A stretch of 64,000 nt of DNA, taken from contig CAVRUC010000013.1 in NCBI GenBank assembly GCA_963724295.1, positions 512,001 to 576,000 of the forward strand. The letters run 5' to 3'. The notes under the pieces are model-generated. The model was not told where the DNA came from, made no database searches, and worked only from the letters and a program-made list of their open reading frames with translations. The stretch's first letter is position 1. Each line of letters starts with the position of its first letter. Below are positions 38,630-49,527 of this stretch, one piece after another. Both the position numbers and the translations under genes were made by a program. The DNA is from an uncultured Chloroflexia bacterium (lineage in GTDB: Bacteria; Chloroflexota; Chloroflexia; Thermomicrobiales; UBA6265).

Positions 38630-40054
38630 TCACGCCCGCGGCGCGATGTTGAGATTCATGCGGAACAGGTTGCCCGGGTCGTATCTGCTCTTGAGCGTGA
38701 CGAGCCGGTCGTAATTGGGACCGTACGAGGCGCGGAGCATCGCCTCCTTCTCTTCGCCGAACCCCGGGAAGTTCAGGTACGAGCCGCCTTTGGAGAATGG
38801 TTGCATCGCGGCGAGCGACTCCCGCGCCCACGCGATGTTCTGTTCGGTAGTGGCCGGGTCGGTCCAGGACGCCTCCGTAGCGAGCAGATACGGCGCGTCG
38901 CGGCGACCATAGGCCGTCTCCTCCGATCCCACCCGGCCCATCGCGCCCCCCAGCTGCCAGAACGTGACCCCGGACATGAACGAGGGTCGCGCCGTCGCGA
39001 TGTGGACCATGGTGTCGATGGCTTCATCGCTCAGGTCGTCGACGTAGGTCGATTTCCAGTAGTAGAGGCGGCCCTCAGGGAAGAAGGGGTCGAAGGCGCC
39101 CTGCAGAGCCGTGTACGGAATCGGACCGCTGAGATCCATTAGCGGTGTCGCCAGTTCCCGCAACGGCTGCATGACCCGCTCGCCCTCCTCGACGGGCCCG
39201 ATGTAGACGGCGGCCACGACCACGATTGGCCGCCGCCGCAGCTCCTCCGGAAAATGCTCGTCGTCCGGAACGCTCCAGAGGACCATCAGCGAGTTGAGCT
39301 CATCCGGCGCGGCGGCCGTGAAATCGCGCCAGGCCCGAATCACGGCCGGTCCATCTTCCAGCGCGTAGAAGGGCGCGCACAACTGGACGATCGGGCCGAC
39401 CGGATGCAGGCGAAACTCGAAGCTGGTAATCGCTCCGAAGTTGCTGCCGGCCCCACGCACGGCCCAGAAGAGGTCTTCGTTCTCGGTCGCGCTGGCCGTC
39501 CGTACCTGCCCATCCGCGGTCACGATCTCGACGGAGATCAGGCTATCGAGGCTGAGACCGTACTTCCGTCGCAGGTGACCGTATCCACCGTGGATGGTCA
39601 GCCCGCCGATTCCAGTGCTGGAAACGACGCCTCCCGGAACCGCCAGGCCAAAGAGCTGGGTCTCGCGGTCGATGTCTCCCCAGGTGGCCCCGCCCTGGGC
39701 GAGGGCAGTCCGCGCTTCTGGATCGACGAAGACGCCGCGCATCTGCGATAGGTCGATGACCAGCCCGCCGTCATTGACGGCGTTGCCGGCCACGTTGTGT
39801 GCACCGCCCCGCACGGAGAGCAGGAGACCATGCTCGCGCGCGAAGTTGACGCACGCCACGACGTCGGCGGTGCCGGAGCAGCGCGCGATCAGCGCCGGGC
39901 GGCGGTCGATCAGACCGTTACGGACGGCGCGAGCCTCGTCATAGCCCGGATCATCAGGCGTCAACAGCGGACCGCGGAGACCGCCCCGGAACTCCTCGAT
40001 TGTCGCTTCATCCAGCATTCCCTCGATCGGAGGGGCAAGCAACTCTGTCGCCAT
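38630..40054 (-). CDS. FAD-binding oxidoreductase with BBE domain
   Basis: RGGAHN, TGIGGL, GAGSNFG, YLNF and YDPGNLF motifs. Confidence 0.93.
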   Translation of the reverse strand: MATELLAPPIEGMLDEATIEEFRGGLRGPLLTPDDPGYDEARAVRNGLIDRRPALIARCSGTADVVACVNFAREHGLLLSVRGGAHNVAGNAVNDGGLVIDLSQMRGVFVDPEARTALAQGGATWGDIDRETQLFGLAVPGGVVSSTGIGGLTIHGGYGHLRRKYGLSLDSLISVEIVTADGQVRTASATENEDLFWAVRGAGSNFGAITSFEFRLHPVGPIVQLCAPFYALEDGPAVIRAWRDFTAAAPDELNSLMVLWSVPDDEHFPEELRRRPIVVVAAVYIGPVEEGERVMQPLRELATPLMDLSGPIPYTALQGAFDPFFPEGRLYYWKSTYVDDLSDEAIDTMVHIATARPSFMSGVTFWQLGGAMGRVGSEETAYGRRDAPYLLATEASWTDPATTEQNIAWARESLAAMQPFSKGGSYLNFPGFGEEKEAMLRASYGPNYDRLVTLKSRYDPGNLFRMNLNIAPRA

Positions 40055-40337
40055 GCATTACTCCTTTCACCGACAGCACCCGTGATGAACTGGCGCCGAA
40101 CCGCCTGACGAGGTTCTCCATCCGACCAGAGCCGGCCTCGTCAGCGCGATACGTGAATCACGTGGCACGCCGGTGGCGTTGAATTGCGCTAAGCGCAACG
40201 ACATGATGCTCCCCGGAGCGAGGCTGCACATCGTGGAGTTGGCGGAGGCAGACTCGCGATTTTTAGGGCTAATCGGCGGAAGGGGTCAGTAATTACCGCA
40301 ATCGGTGAGAATCGTCAGCTCTGTGTTGCCAAATCGG

Positions 40338-41324
40338 CTACACGGGCGACCAGGTCGTCTCCAGTGCTCGGCGCACGCGCCCAATCCACCAGGCGAGGTC
40401 AGCGGCCTCACGCGCCCGCTTCGCGGCATCCGGGTGCTCGGCAGCGTCGAGTGCCTTGTTCCAGCCGTACTCGGCGAACGTGGCGATGAAGGAGAGTTGG
40501 AGGGCGCGCTCATCGTGGTCGTCCCCGCAGACGGCGCGGAAGTCGTCGATCAATGCTTCCCGCGTGGCCGCGATCCGAGACCAGGCGCCGGTCAAGAACG
40601 TCGTAAACTCAAAGGCGGCCGGGGCCTGGGTCGCGGTACCCCAATCGAGGATCACCACACGATCTGGTTCGAGCCCGACGTTGGCGAGCCACAAATCCCC
40701 GTGGATAAGCGTCGTCACGCACCGGTCGAGCTCGAAGGCGAGCCGGTCGGGTCGCTCGTGGATGGCGTGGACGGCCGCCGCGACGTCATGAGGCACTACA
40801 TTCGGGAATACATCCCAGCCGCGCGCAATCCACTCGAAGACCGGGCTCGCTCCACCATGCTCGCTCGCCGCCGTTCGCGGTGTGAAGAGCGACAGGTGGT
40901 CGGTGAGGCTGCACAGCCCCTCGAGAGGCTCTCCTCGGAAGGTGCGGTGCAGCATGGAGGCCGCTTCGAGGATGCGGCGGCTCTCGGCCTGTGTCAGCAC
41001 TCGATCGTCCGACAACAGCGCGCCGGAGATGTCGCGCATGATGAGGACCCAGCCGTCATCGGCAGCTTCGACAGCGACGATGGCGTGATCGATTACCGGC
41101 GGAAACCGGTCCATCACCCCGGACGTCCAGAGTCCGGCCACCCGGCCCGTGTCATGTGTGAGCCGCATAGTTGCGTCCCACGCCGGTGAGAGGTGCTTGA
41201 CGACTAGCGCTCGACCGTCCGCCAGCACGACCCGCTCCAGCATGGCGCCGGAGTAGCCCTGGCTGGTCTGGCGCAGTGGCGTCCGCTCGACGACGTTGTC
41301 AAACAGTCCTGCCAGAGTCACCAC
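40338..41324 (-). CDS. Aminoglycoside phosphotransferase/kinase family protein
   Basis: VVKH, HGDLWLAN and LDW motifs. Confidence 0.85.
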   Translation of the reverse strand: MVTLAGLFDNVVERTPLRQTSQGYSGAMLERVVLADGRALVVKHLSPAWDATMRLTHDTGRVAGLWTSGVMDRFPPVIDHAIVAVEAADDGWVLIMRDISGALLSDDRVLTQAESRRILEAASMLHRTFRGEPLEGLCSLTDHLSLFTPRTAASEHGGASPVFEWIARGWDVFPNVVPHDVAAAVHAIHERPDRLAFELDRCVTTLIHGDLWLANVGLEPDRVVILDWGTATQAPAAFEFTTFLTGAWSRIAATREALIDDFRAVCGDDHDERALQLSFIATFAEYGWNKALDAAEHPDAAKRAREAADLAWWIGRVRRALETTWSPV

Positions 41325-41372
41325 ATAACTCCTCCCACCCTCTCTACGGGATGCGGGACAACCGCTCCGCTG

Positions 41373-43754
41373 TTAGACCAGCCCGCGTCGCACGGCGATC
41401 GCCGTCACTTCGACCCGGCTGTTGACGCCGAACTTGGCGAAGAGGCTGGCGACATGCGTTTGGACCGTGCGCGGACTGACGCGCAGAGCCTCGGCGATCT
41501 CCCGGTCGTGATGTCCCACTACCAGCAGCCGCAGGACGTCAAGCTCGCGCGGACTCAGCCGCGGCGACGACCAATCTGAGACAGAGGCGGCAGCCGGCGC
41601 CGCCAGCAGCCGCCGCGCCTCGGCAACGGCCTGCTCGATCGAGAGGGCCTGACCCTCTGTCCACGCGGTTTCGAACGCGTCATCGTCAAGCTGAGATCGA
41701 ACCGCGGCCAGCACCCGCTCGGCGTGGACATGGTGCGCCAGGTAGCGAACGCCTAGAGATTCGGCCACTCCCCAGGCGGCGCCAAGCAACCGCGCCGCTC
41801 GCTCGGACTGGCCGCGACGGTTCGCCACGCCGGCGATTCCCGCGAGCGTGCCCGCGATGCCGCGGCCGTCATCGCTGTCGAGCCAGAGCGTCAGCGTCTC
41901 GTCGTAGAGCCGTGCCGCCCGGACCTGATCCCCCCGCTCGCTGGCCGCGGCGGCCGCTGTGCCCAGCGCCTGAGCGAGTCCCCACAGGTAGCCTGCCTCC
42001 CGCCAGCCCGCGACCGCATGTTCAGCCAGGGTCGCCGCCGACGCGGGGTCGCCGCGCAACAGGGCCACGTCCGCGAGATTCGCCACGGGGAGCAGCGTCC
42101 AATGCGGAAGGCGCCCAGCGTCTTCCAGGCTCTCCATGAGACCGCGCGATGCTTCATAGCGCGTGGCGGCGAGGTCGAGGTCGCCCTGCCACTCGGCGGT
42201 GATGCCCAGCGCGAGCAGTGCCCGCGCCTGACCGAAGACATAGTCGTGCGCCCGTGCCAGAGCGAGTCCTTGTTCGCTCAGCGCGGTCGATCGCGAGAAA
42301 TCGCCGCGCACCTGAGCGAGCGCCGATGCCGTAAAGAGCGCATCGACGCGCGTTTCGGGAGGGACAGCGCTTTCGTCCGCCAGCGCCGCCTCGAGCCACT
42401 GCTGACCCTCGTGCGGCTCGCCGCGGGCGTAGGCGAAGGAGAGGATCGTCCCGGCTAGCCGTAGCACCGCGGCGGCGTTACCGGAGCGCAAGGCCCAGGC
42501 GACCGCCGTGTGCAGGTTGTCTCGCTCGATGGCGAGGCGCTCGACCCAGGCAGCTGAACCCGACGCGATGAGATGCGGCTCGGCCTGCTCGGCCAGGGCC
42601 AGGTAGTGGGCCGCGTGGGCCGAGCGAGTGGCACTCTCCTCCCCGCTGGCCGCCAGCCGCTCCAGGCCGAATTCTCGAATCGTCTCCAGCATGCCATAGC
42701 GCGGCTCGCCAGGGGGCGCCTCGGTCTGGATCAGCAGGCTCTGCTCGACCAGTCCGCGCACCCCATCCAGGACGTCCAGACCAATCTCGCCGGCTCCGGA
42801 CGCGACAGCCGCGACCGCTCCCAGGCTACCCCCACCGGCCAGCACGGAAAGGCGCCGGAAGAACGCTTGCTCGTCGGCGCCCAGCAGGTCGTAGCTCCAG
42901 CCGATCGCGTCGCGCATTGCTTGCAGGCGGATTGGCTGATCCCGTGGCCCGCCGGTGAGGATTGGCAACGGACGCTCGAGATGACGGAGCAGCGTCGGCG
43001 CGGGCAAATGCCTGGTGCGCGCTGCCGCCAGCTCGATCGCCAGTGGCAACCCATCCAGCCGCCGGCAGATGGCGACGACGGCCGTGGCATTCGCCGCGGT
43101 CAGGACGAAATCTGGCCGCGCCGCCTGCGCTCGCGCCACAAACAGCTGCACGGCAGGCGCCGCGCCTACCTCCTCCACTGTCGGCGCTGTCTCGGCATCA
43201 GGCAGCGCCAGGGCGGGGACCGGAAAATCATGCTCGCCGGAGATGCGCAGGACGGCGCGGCTCGTGGCCAGAACGCTCAGTCTGGGGCTGGCCACGAGCA
43301 GCTCGGCGATGAGCGGTGTCGCGTCGAGCAGATGTTCCAGGTTGTCGAGAACCAGGAGGAGGTGCTTTGTGCGCAGAGCCGACACCAGCGTCTCTGCGAG
43401 CGGTCGGCCACCAGTCTCGCGCACTCCGACACTTTGGGCGATCGCGGAGGCGACCAGCGCCGGCTCAGGGACGGCGGCAAGCGGGACGAAGACCGCCCCA
43501 TCAGCGAATGCTGTTTCCAGCCTGGCCGTGGCCTCGAGGGCGAGCCGCGTCTTGCCGACGCCGCCCGGACCCGTCAGCGTGACCAGCCGGACATCAGGGC
43601 GGCAGAGGAGGCCGGTCAAGGTCGCGACCTCCTGCTCCCGCCCGACGAGCGCCGTCAGTGGGCTGGGTAATGGTGCCGCGACGTGACCTCGACGCGGGAT
43701 CGGGGCAATCGAGATCGGCTCAGTTGGCGTTCGATCGGGCGGCGGTGCAACCAT
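41373..43754 (-). CDS. STAND-type ATPase, TPR-like and LuxR HTH transcriptional regulator
   Basis: GPGGVGKT, LDNLEH, GLPLAIELAA and LSPRELDVL...TVQTHV motifs. Confidence 0.93.
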   Translation of the reverse strand: MVAPPPDRTPTEPISIAPIPRRGHVAAPLPSPLTALVGREQEVATLTGLLCRPDVRLVTLTGPGGVGKTRLALEATARLETAFADGAVFVPLAAVPEPALVASAIAQSVGVRETGGRPLAETLVSALRTKHLLLVLDNLEHLLDATPLIAELLVASPRLSVLATSRAVLRISGEHDFPVPALALPDAETAPTVEEVGAAPAVQLFVARAQAARPDFVLTAANATAVVAICRRLDGLPLAIELAAARTRHLPAPTLLRHLERPLPILTGGPRDQPIRLQAMRDAIGWSYDLLGADEQAFFRRLSVLAGGGSLGAVAAVASGAGEIGLDVLDGVRGLVEQSLLIQTEAPPGEPRYGMLETIREFGLERLAASGEESATRSAHAAHYLALAEQAEPHLIASGSAAWVERLAIERDNLHTAVAWALRSGNAAAVLRLAGTILSFAYARGEPHEGQQWLEAALADESAVPPETRVDALFTASALAQVRGDFSRSTALSEQGLALARAHDYVFGQARALLALGITAEWQGDLDLAATRYEASRGLMESLEDAGRLPHWTLLPVANLADVALLRGDPASAATLAEHAVAGWREAGYLWGLAQALGTAAAAASERGDQVRAARLYDETLTLWLDSDDGRGIAGTLAGIAGVANRRGQSERAARLLGAAWGVAESLGVRYLAHHVHAERVLAAVRSQLDDDAFETAWTEGQALSIEQAVAEARRLLAAPAAASVSDWSSPRLSPRELDVLRLLVVGHHDREIAEALRVSPRTVQTHVASLFAKFGVNSRVEVTAIAVRRGLV

Positions 43755-43864
43755 GGTGGCCCTGCGACAGCAATCCCAACGGGGGTTCGCCGCGCATCAT
43801 TGCCGCCACGAGCGCTGTCGTCAACTTCCTCAGAGCGCCCGCGGTGCGAGACGCCCGTCGCACC

Positions 43865-44317
43865 TCACTTCGCGGCGCGGAGTCGATGCTCGACAGTCGC
43901 CAGCGCCGTGCCGAATACCGCATGGGCCGCGATCATGACCATCTGCCGCTGGTTCGAGTCATCTTCCGCGGCGGGATAGAGATTCAGCGAGGGCATCAGG
44001 CCGATGTAGCTGACGCCCCAGACCGCCGCGCCGAACAGGAGCCCCGCTGCCAGATCGGAGCGCGGTAGCACCGGGCGGATGGCAGAGAAGACCACGCCGC
44101 AGGCGGCGCCATATCCGGTGTGTGCGGCAATCCAGGCTGCCTGGAACTCCGGGCTCTGACGATCTGGATTCTCACCGGCTTGCTCCGCCATGTTCTCCGT
44201 GATCTCGACCGGTGGAGGCGTGACCATCAGACCAGCCGCGCGGCCGGCGCCGATCACGACCGTCATCGGCACGGTCGCCGCCAGGCCAGCCAGCGCTCCG
44301 CGGGCAAGCGTCTGCAT
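43865..44317 (-). CDS. Membrane protein (DUF1440-like)
   Basis: GALAGLAAT, HTGYG and HAVFG motifs. Confidence 0.7.
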   Translation of the reverse strand: MQTLARGALAGLAATVPMTVVIGAGRAAGLMVTPPPVEITENMAEQAGENPDRQSPEFQAAWIAAHTGYGAACGVVFSAIRPVLPRSDLAAGLLFGAAVWGVSYIGLMPSLNLYPAAEDDSNQRQMVMIAAHAVFGTALATVEHRLRAAK

Positions 44318-44524
44318 CGCCCCTCCCTTCGATCCATCATCGCCCGGCCCATGGCCGCGCGCTAACAGCCGCGCCGATGGTGATCGCCACCATTCGCCCC
44401 CGCTCGACCCATACAGGCACGTACCAGCGCAAGAATCAGACCGCTCGATCCTGTTGCAGCGGCCCACCCATCGGTGTGATCCCGAGGGCACGAGCTTGCA
44501 GGATCTCGTCGGTGTCCTTAGCGC

Positions 44525-44686
44525 GGCGTCTGACCGGTCGGAAGTCGGAGGTCGGAAGTCGGAGGATTGTCCTCCGGCTATCAGCTATCGGCCATTAGCT
44601 TCCTACGACTCACGACTGATCACGACTCACGATTCGCGGTCTCTCTTCTCCACTTACCGACTAACCGACTTACCGACTTACCGACT
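44525..44686. repeat. Composite short-tandem-repeat element (GTCGGAR, GCTATCA, ACGACTC, ACCGACTT)
   Basis: Same block order as 53189-53340. Confidence 0.8.
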
Positions 44687-45176
44687 GGCCGTCTCGCCGT
44701 CCACATAGACAAGCAGATCTAGCCAACCAGGGGAATGACCGAGCCGGGTCAGCAACAGCGCCGCCTCACTGCGGTGCTGGGTGGCATGGTTGACCTGATG
44801 CAGGAGCTGTTGCCGGAGCGGATAGGACCACGTCTCGCCCTGGAAGTTCACGTAGGAGACGACACGCGCCAGATCGGGCTCATGCAACGTCGAGACGTAT
44901 TGCGATGTCGCTGCCTCGACCTCGTCCCAGCGGGTCCAAAGTGCTGCCACGTCTGGAAAGTCGGCCGGGTTCCACAGCCCGTGCGGCGACATTTCCCGCC
45001 ACCGTTGCAGCCATAGCCACTGGGCGGACGCCGTGTGAACGAGGGTGTCCCGGATCGAGTCGAAGCCGTCGCCTGGCGGTCGTGTACTGCTCCGGGGTGA
45101 GCTGCTCGGCCGTATCGAGGATGCGGGCGTTGGCCCAGGCGCTGTACGCGTAGAGCTCGCGGATCGCTTCGAGCAT
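44678..45176 (-). CDS. DinB family protein, frameshifted near 45078
   Basis: YSAWANARIL in one frame; SIRDTLVH and HQVNHATQHRSE in the next. Confidence 0.88.
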
Positions 45177-45319
45177 GGATGCTCCTTCAGTGTCGGCCCT
45201 TCGACCGGCCGTGGCGACGTGGAGTGACTTGACAGAATCTGAGCTAGGTGTAGGGTAGCTGGCGCAACCCAACCCGAGAGTGTCAACCGAATCTCGCCTC
45301 AGCGTAGGGAAGGATCATC

Positions 45320-46840
45320 ATGCGGCTCCATTCGTCCTTTTCCCTCATCTCCCTTCTCGTTCTCGCGATGCTCATTGGTTTCGCCCCGGTCAACGCCGGC
45401 CGCGCCCAGGAGGCAACCCCCGCGGCCACCCCGACGGCGCTCGCCTGGTCGGACTGCGCGGTTGGAGGCGGTTGGGAGTGCGCCACCCTCCCCGTTCCGC
45501 TCGACTACGCCGACCCGACCGGGCCGACCATCGACATCGCGCTGACCCGGCTACCCGCCGGCGACCCAGTTCAGCGGATTGGGGCCCTGCTCCTCAACCC
45601 CGGCGGCCCGGGCGGGCGAGGTGTCCATACCCTGCACCAGCTGGGCACGCTGATGTTTCCAGAGGAAACGCGCGCCCGGTTCGACATCGTCAGCTTCGAC
45701 CCTCGCGGCGTGGGTGAGAGCGGCCAGATCGACTGCCAGCCCGACTTCGAGACCTACTACGAGCTCGACCCTTCCCCCGATGACGCTGCCGAACGGGAGG
45801 CCTGGCTCGCCGGAGGGCGTGCCTACGCTGCGGCCTGTGCCGCGAACGGCGGTGAGCTGCTGCCGTTCGTCGGCACCGAGAACGTGGTGAGCGACATGGA
45901 GCAGCTGCGGACAGCCCTCGGCGAGGAGACGATCTCATTTCTTGGCATCTCCTATGGCACCAGCCTTGGCGCCCGCTACGCCGACCGCTACCCGGAGCGC
46001 GTGCGCGCATTCGCGCTCGACTCCGGCCTGCCCTCGTTCGTCGACCCGGTGACGTTCATCCCACAGTGGGTCGACGCCATCGAGCGCGCGTTCGACGCCT
46101 ACCTCGCCGACTGCGCTGCCGCCGTGACCTGTCCGTTCCATTCTGACGGTGACCCGGCTGCCGCCTTCGACGCGCTCATCGCCCAGGTCGATGCGGCACC
46201 GCTGGAGGTCCCAACCGAAACCGGAACGAGACTGGTCGGTCAGCGCGCCGTCCTGGCCGGTGTCGAGGCGGTGCTGTCGAATGTCGTGGCGTGGCCGCAG
46301 CTGGCTACTGCTCTGCAGGCGGCGGCCAACGGGGACGGTGCGCCGATACTCGCCTTATCGGACATGCGCAACGAACGGATGCCCGACGGTAGCTACGGTC
46401 CTGGCAGTGCCGCGTTCCTGGCCGTCGGCTGCTTGGACTTCCCTATCACCAGGGACCCAGTCGCCTACGAAGCGCTAGCTGCCAAGGCCGCGACCATCGC
46501 TCCCCGCCTCGGCGCCTACTACGCCACCTGGACCCTGCCCTGCGCCTTCTGGCCGGCACCACCGACCCCAGCTCCTCATGCACCTGTAGCCGCCGGTGCG
46601 CCGCCGATCCTCGTGATCGGCGCCACGCTCGACACCCAGGACGCCTACACCTGGTCAGTGGACATGGCCGGACAGCTAGAGTCGGGCGTCCTGTTGCGGC
46701 GTGAAGGCACCGGGCACCCCTCTTACTTCGAGAGCGCCTGCGTCGTGGAGGCAGTAAACGCCTACTTGATTGACCTGACCCTGCCGCCCCCGGAACTCAT
46801 CTGCCCCTCGACCGGCGGGTTGTTCGTAAGGTCCGAGTAG
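45320..46840 (+). CDS. Exported alpha/beta hydrolase (TAP-like peptidase)
   Basis: VPLDY, NPGGPG, FDPRGVG, GISYG and GTGH motifs. Confidence 0.92.
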   Translation: MRLHSSFSLISLLVLAMLIGFAPVNAGRAQEATPAATPTALAWSDCAVGGGWECATLPVPLDYADPTGPTIDIALTRLPAGDPVQRIGALLLNPGGPGGRGVHTLHQLGTLMFPEETRARFDIVSFDPRGVGESGQIDCQPDFETYYELDPSPDDAAEREAWLAGGRAYAAACAANGGELLPFVGTENVVSDMEQLRTALGEETISFLGISYGTSLGARYADRYPERVRAFALDSGLPSFVDPVTFIPQWVDAIERAFDAYLADCAAAVTCPFHSDGDPAAAFDALIAQVDAAPLEVPTETGTRLVGQRAVLAGVEAVLSNVVAWPQLATALQAAANGDGAPILALSDMRNERMPDGSYGPGSAAFLAVGCLDFPITRDPVAYEALAAKAATIAPRLGAYYATWTLPCAFWPAPPTPAPHAPVAAGAPPILVIGATLDTQDAYTWSVDMAGQLESGVLLRREGTGHPSYFESACVVEAVNAYLIDLTLPPPELICPSTGGLFVRSE

Positions 46841-46912
46841 AAGGTCTTGGCGGTTGATTGTGAGCTGGAGATCTGCTGACCCAACAAGCCTCATTTGGCA
46901 AAGGAGAGGACT

Positions 46913-48113
46913 TTGCGTCTCAGTCAAGTCATCGTCTCCGTCCTCGCCCTGGCCACGGCCGGTTTCCTTCCCGTCGCCGCCCAGGAGGCCACCCCGGTCT
47001 CACCTCCTGCAGATGGGCAATTGACGGCGATCGTCGTCTCGGCGATCGGGGGTCCCATCGGCGTGCCGGGTAGCGATGGCCTGCAGCACATCGAGTATGA
47101 CCTCGTGGTCACGAACGTCTTCAGTGCCCCCGTCGTGATTGTCGACGATCGAAGTCATTGGGCCTGACGGTAATCCTTTGCTGTCGCTCGCGGGCGACGC
47201 CCTCGTGGCGTCGACACAGCCACTCCTCGGATTGACGCCATTGCAGGAGATTCCCGCGTCTGGCACGGCAGCGGTCCTGATCGATGTGGCCGTTCCGCGC
47301 AACGAAGTACCCCAGCGCCTCACCCACCGAATGACCTACACGCTTCCCGCCGATGCGCCCGGGGCGAGCCAGATCGAGAGTCTCACCGTCGATGGTCCCG
47401 AGCTGGTTGTCGATAACCGTGCCCCGGTGGTCATCGTCCCGCCCGTGCATGGTCCAGGGTGGCTCAATGCCTTCAGCTGCTGTGACGCATCGTCGATCCA
47501 CCGCGGGGTCCGCGCGGCAGCCGATGGAGCCCGCATCGTGAAGTCAGAGACGTTTGCCATCGATTGGATCCTGTTCCAGGACGGTCGCCTCTTCGAGGAT
47601 GACGGCTCGCGCAACGAGCAGTGGTTCTCCTACGGCGCCGAGGTCACCGCCGTCGCCCCGGGCACCGTCGTCTCCGCGCGCGACGGCCTGGCAGACGGGA
47701 CGCCGAAGAGTCTGCCAGGCACGTTCCAGGAGCCACGTGACGGTGCGGGCAATCACGTCATCGTGCAGATCGAGCCCGGAGTCTGGGCGTTCTACGCGCA
47801 CCTCCAGACTGGGAGTGTCGCCGTCGAGATTGGCGATCAGGTCGTGACCGGACAGCCGCTTGGCCGGCTGGGCAACAGCGGGAACTCGATCGGGCCGCAC
47901 CTGCACTTCGGGCTGATCGATGGCCCCAATCCATTGACCGCGAACAGCGTGCCGATGGTGATCGACCACTACAGTTTGACCGGTTCAGTCGACCCGGCAT
48001 CGCTCTTCGCCAGCCTCGGCGATCCTGAGGCCTTGTCGCTGCGCATGGAAGCCACCGCACAACCCCAGAGCGGTACGCTGCCACTCAACATGACCATTAC
48101 CGATTTCAGATGA
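46913..48113 (+). CDS. Exported M23 family metallopeptidase, frameshifted near 47137
   Basis: Signal peptide plus QEATP; FAIDW, YAHL, GNSGNS and PHLHF motifs. Confidence 0.85.
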
Positions 48114-48140
48114 GTCGACCATGGTGATGGGTGAAGCTCT

Positions 48141-48746
48141 ATGACGCGCTCCCTCGTTATCGTCGTCCTCGCCTCCGGGCTGTCCCTGGGAGCAGTCGGT
48201 GGGGTCCTGGCCGGCTGGCACTGGTGGCAGGCGCCAGGCGGCAATACGCATGAAGTTCTCGCCGATGCCGGGATCGGTCACCCAATCTACGCGCTCGATC
48301 CGCGAGACGATCGCGCGCTGGCTGCCTATGCGACCGATATCTTTATCGGCCGGGTCCTGGACCAGACGGGCGCCGCCGGCGCGCCGACCTCGGCGCCCGG
48401 GCAAGAGCTGCCGCAGTCGCAGTTCGCCGTAGAGGTCTTGCATGTGGTCAAGGGCCAGGCAGGAGGCGTGGTCACCGTCAACCAGGTCGGCGGCCTGGAC
48501 ACCCAGGTAGGGGAGCTCATGCAGCTCGAGGGGGACGCGCTCCTCCGTCCAGGGGCCAGCGAGCTGTTCCTGGTCGTGGCCGTTCCCGAGCGCGGCTGGT
48601 ATCAGATCGTCGCGGCGGGACACGGCCATCTCCCCGCGGACGACCCCTCGCAGCGCGAGGCCCTGATCGACCGGTTCGCTCAGGCGACCGCACCCTCGGT
48701 GAAAGGCGCGTCTCCTGACGCTCGATCTCTGGGAGAGAGGCTATGA
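48141..48746 (+). CDS. Membrane-anchored or exported hypothetical protein
   Basis: N-terminal TM segment; YATDIFIGRV...NQVGG. Confidence 0.7.
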   Translation: MTRSLVIVVLASGLSLGAVGGVLAGWHWWQAPGGNTHEVLADAGIGHPIYALDPRDDRALAAYATDIFIGRVLDQTGAAGAPTSAPGQELPQSQFAVEVLHVVKGQAGGVVTVNQVGGLDTQVGELMQLEGDALLRPGASELFLVVAVPERGWYQIVAAGHGHLPADDPSQREALIDRFAQATAPSVKGASPDARSLGERL

Positions 48747-49525
48747 GCCGCTGGGCGCGATCGGCAGGCATCACGAGTCTCGTCCTGACCTCGATCCTCC
48801 TGGTAGCTGGGACATCCACCCGCACCGGCGCCAGGGCGCAGGCGACCGACGAGCCGATTGATTTCATTCGCTTCAACGGCGCCGTCTATCTCTCGATCGC
48901 CTATCTCGCGGAGGACAGCCCGCCGGCTGCACCCTCGTCGCTTGCTCCCGGGGATCTGGGACCGGCGGTCGGTGAAGTGGTCACCAACTGGATCGACGGG
49001 AACGATGAGGCCCTGTATCCAAACGAGCCCTGCTATTGGGACACTCCCGACGGGACCGCGCCCCTGCTGGCGCCTGGAGACGACATCCACGCGGTGCACG
49101 GCTACGCGACGACGTTCCGTCTCGCGGCCCGTCACGAAGGCGCCCTGGTCGCCTATCAGGTCTGGTGCAACGACGAGGCGGAGGTCGGCGCCGACCTCTT
49201 TGACATCTTCGACCGGGTGGATCGCATCAGCGTGACCGCTGACCTCTCGGAATCGTCGGGATTCGCCGTCATCGAGGATCGCGCGACGGTCGCGGATTTG
49301 GTGAACATGCTCCTGGAAGGACGGGTCATCCCGGAGGAGCTCTCCTCGGCGGCGCCCGTCACCCACCAGCTGATCTTCCATCTCGACGACGGCAGCACAT
49401 TCCGCGCCTCCGCCGCACCGGGAGAGCTCCTCTGGGGGCTCGGAGCGGTCACGGTGCCGGCCGCATTCACCGAGACGCTCGACCACGCGGGGACGAGCGA
49501 TCCGGGTGAGGAAGCTCCGGATTGA
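48743..49525 (+). CDS. Exported hypothetical protein
   Basis: ATGA overlap with the previous gene; signal peptide ending ARA. Confidence 0.7.
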   Translation: MSRWARSAGITSLVLTSILLVAGTSTRTGARAQATDEPIDFIRFNGAVYLSIAYLAEDSPPAAPSSLAPGDLGPAVGEVVTNWIDGNDEALYPNEPCYWDTPDGTAPLLAPGDDIHAVHGYATTFRLAARHEGALVAYQVWCNDEAEVGADLFDIFDRVDRISVTADLSESSGFAVIEDRATVADLVNMLLEGRVIPEELSSAAPVTHQLIFHLDDGSTFRASAAPGELLWGLGAVTVPAAFTETLDHAGTSDPGEEAPD

Positions 49526-49527
49526 GC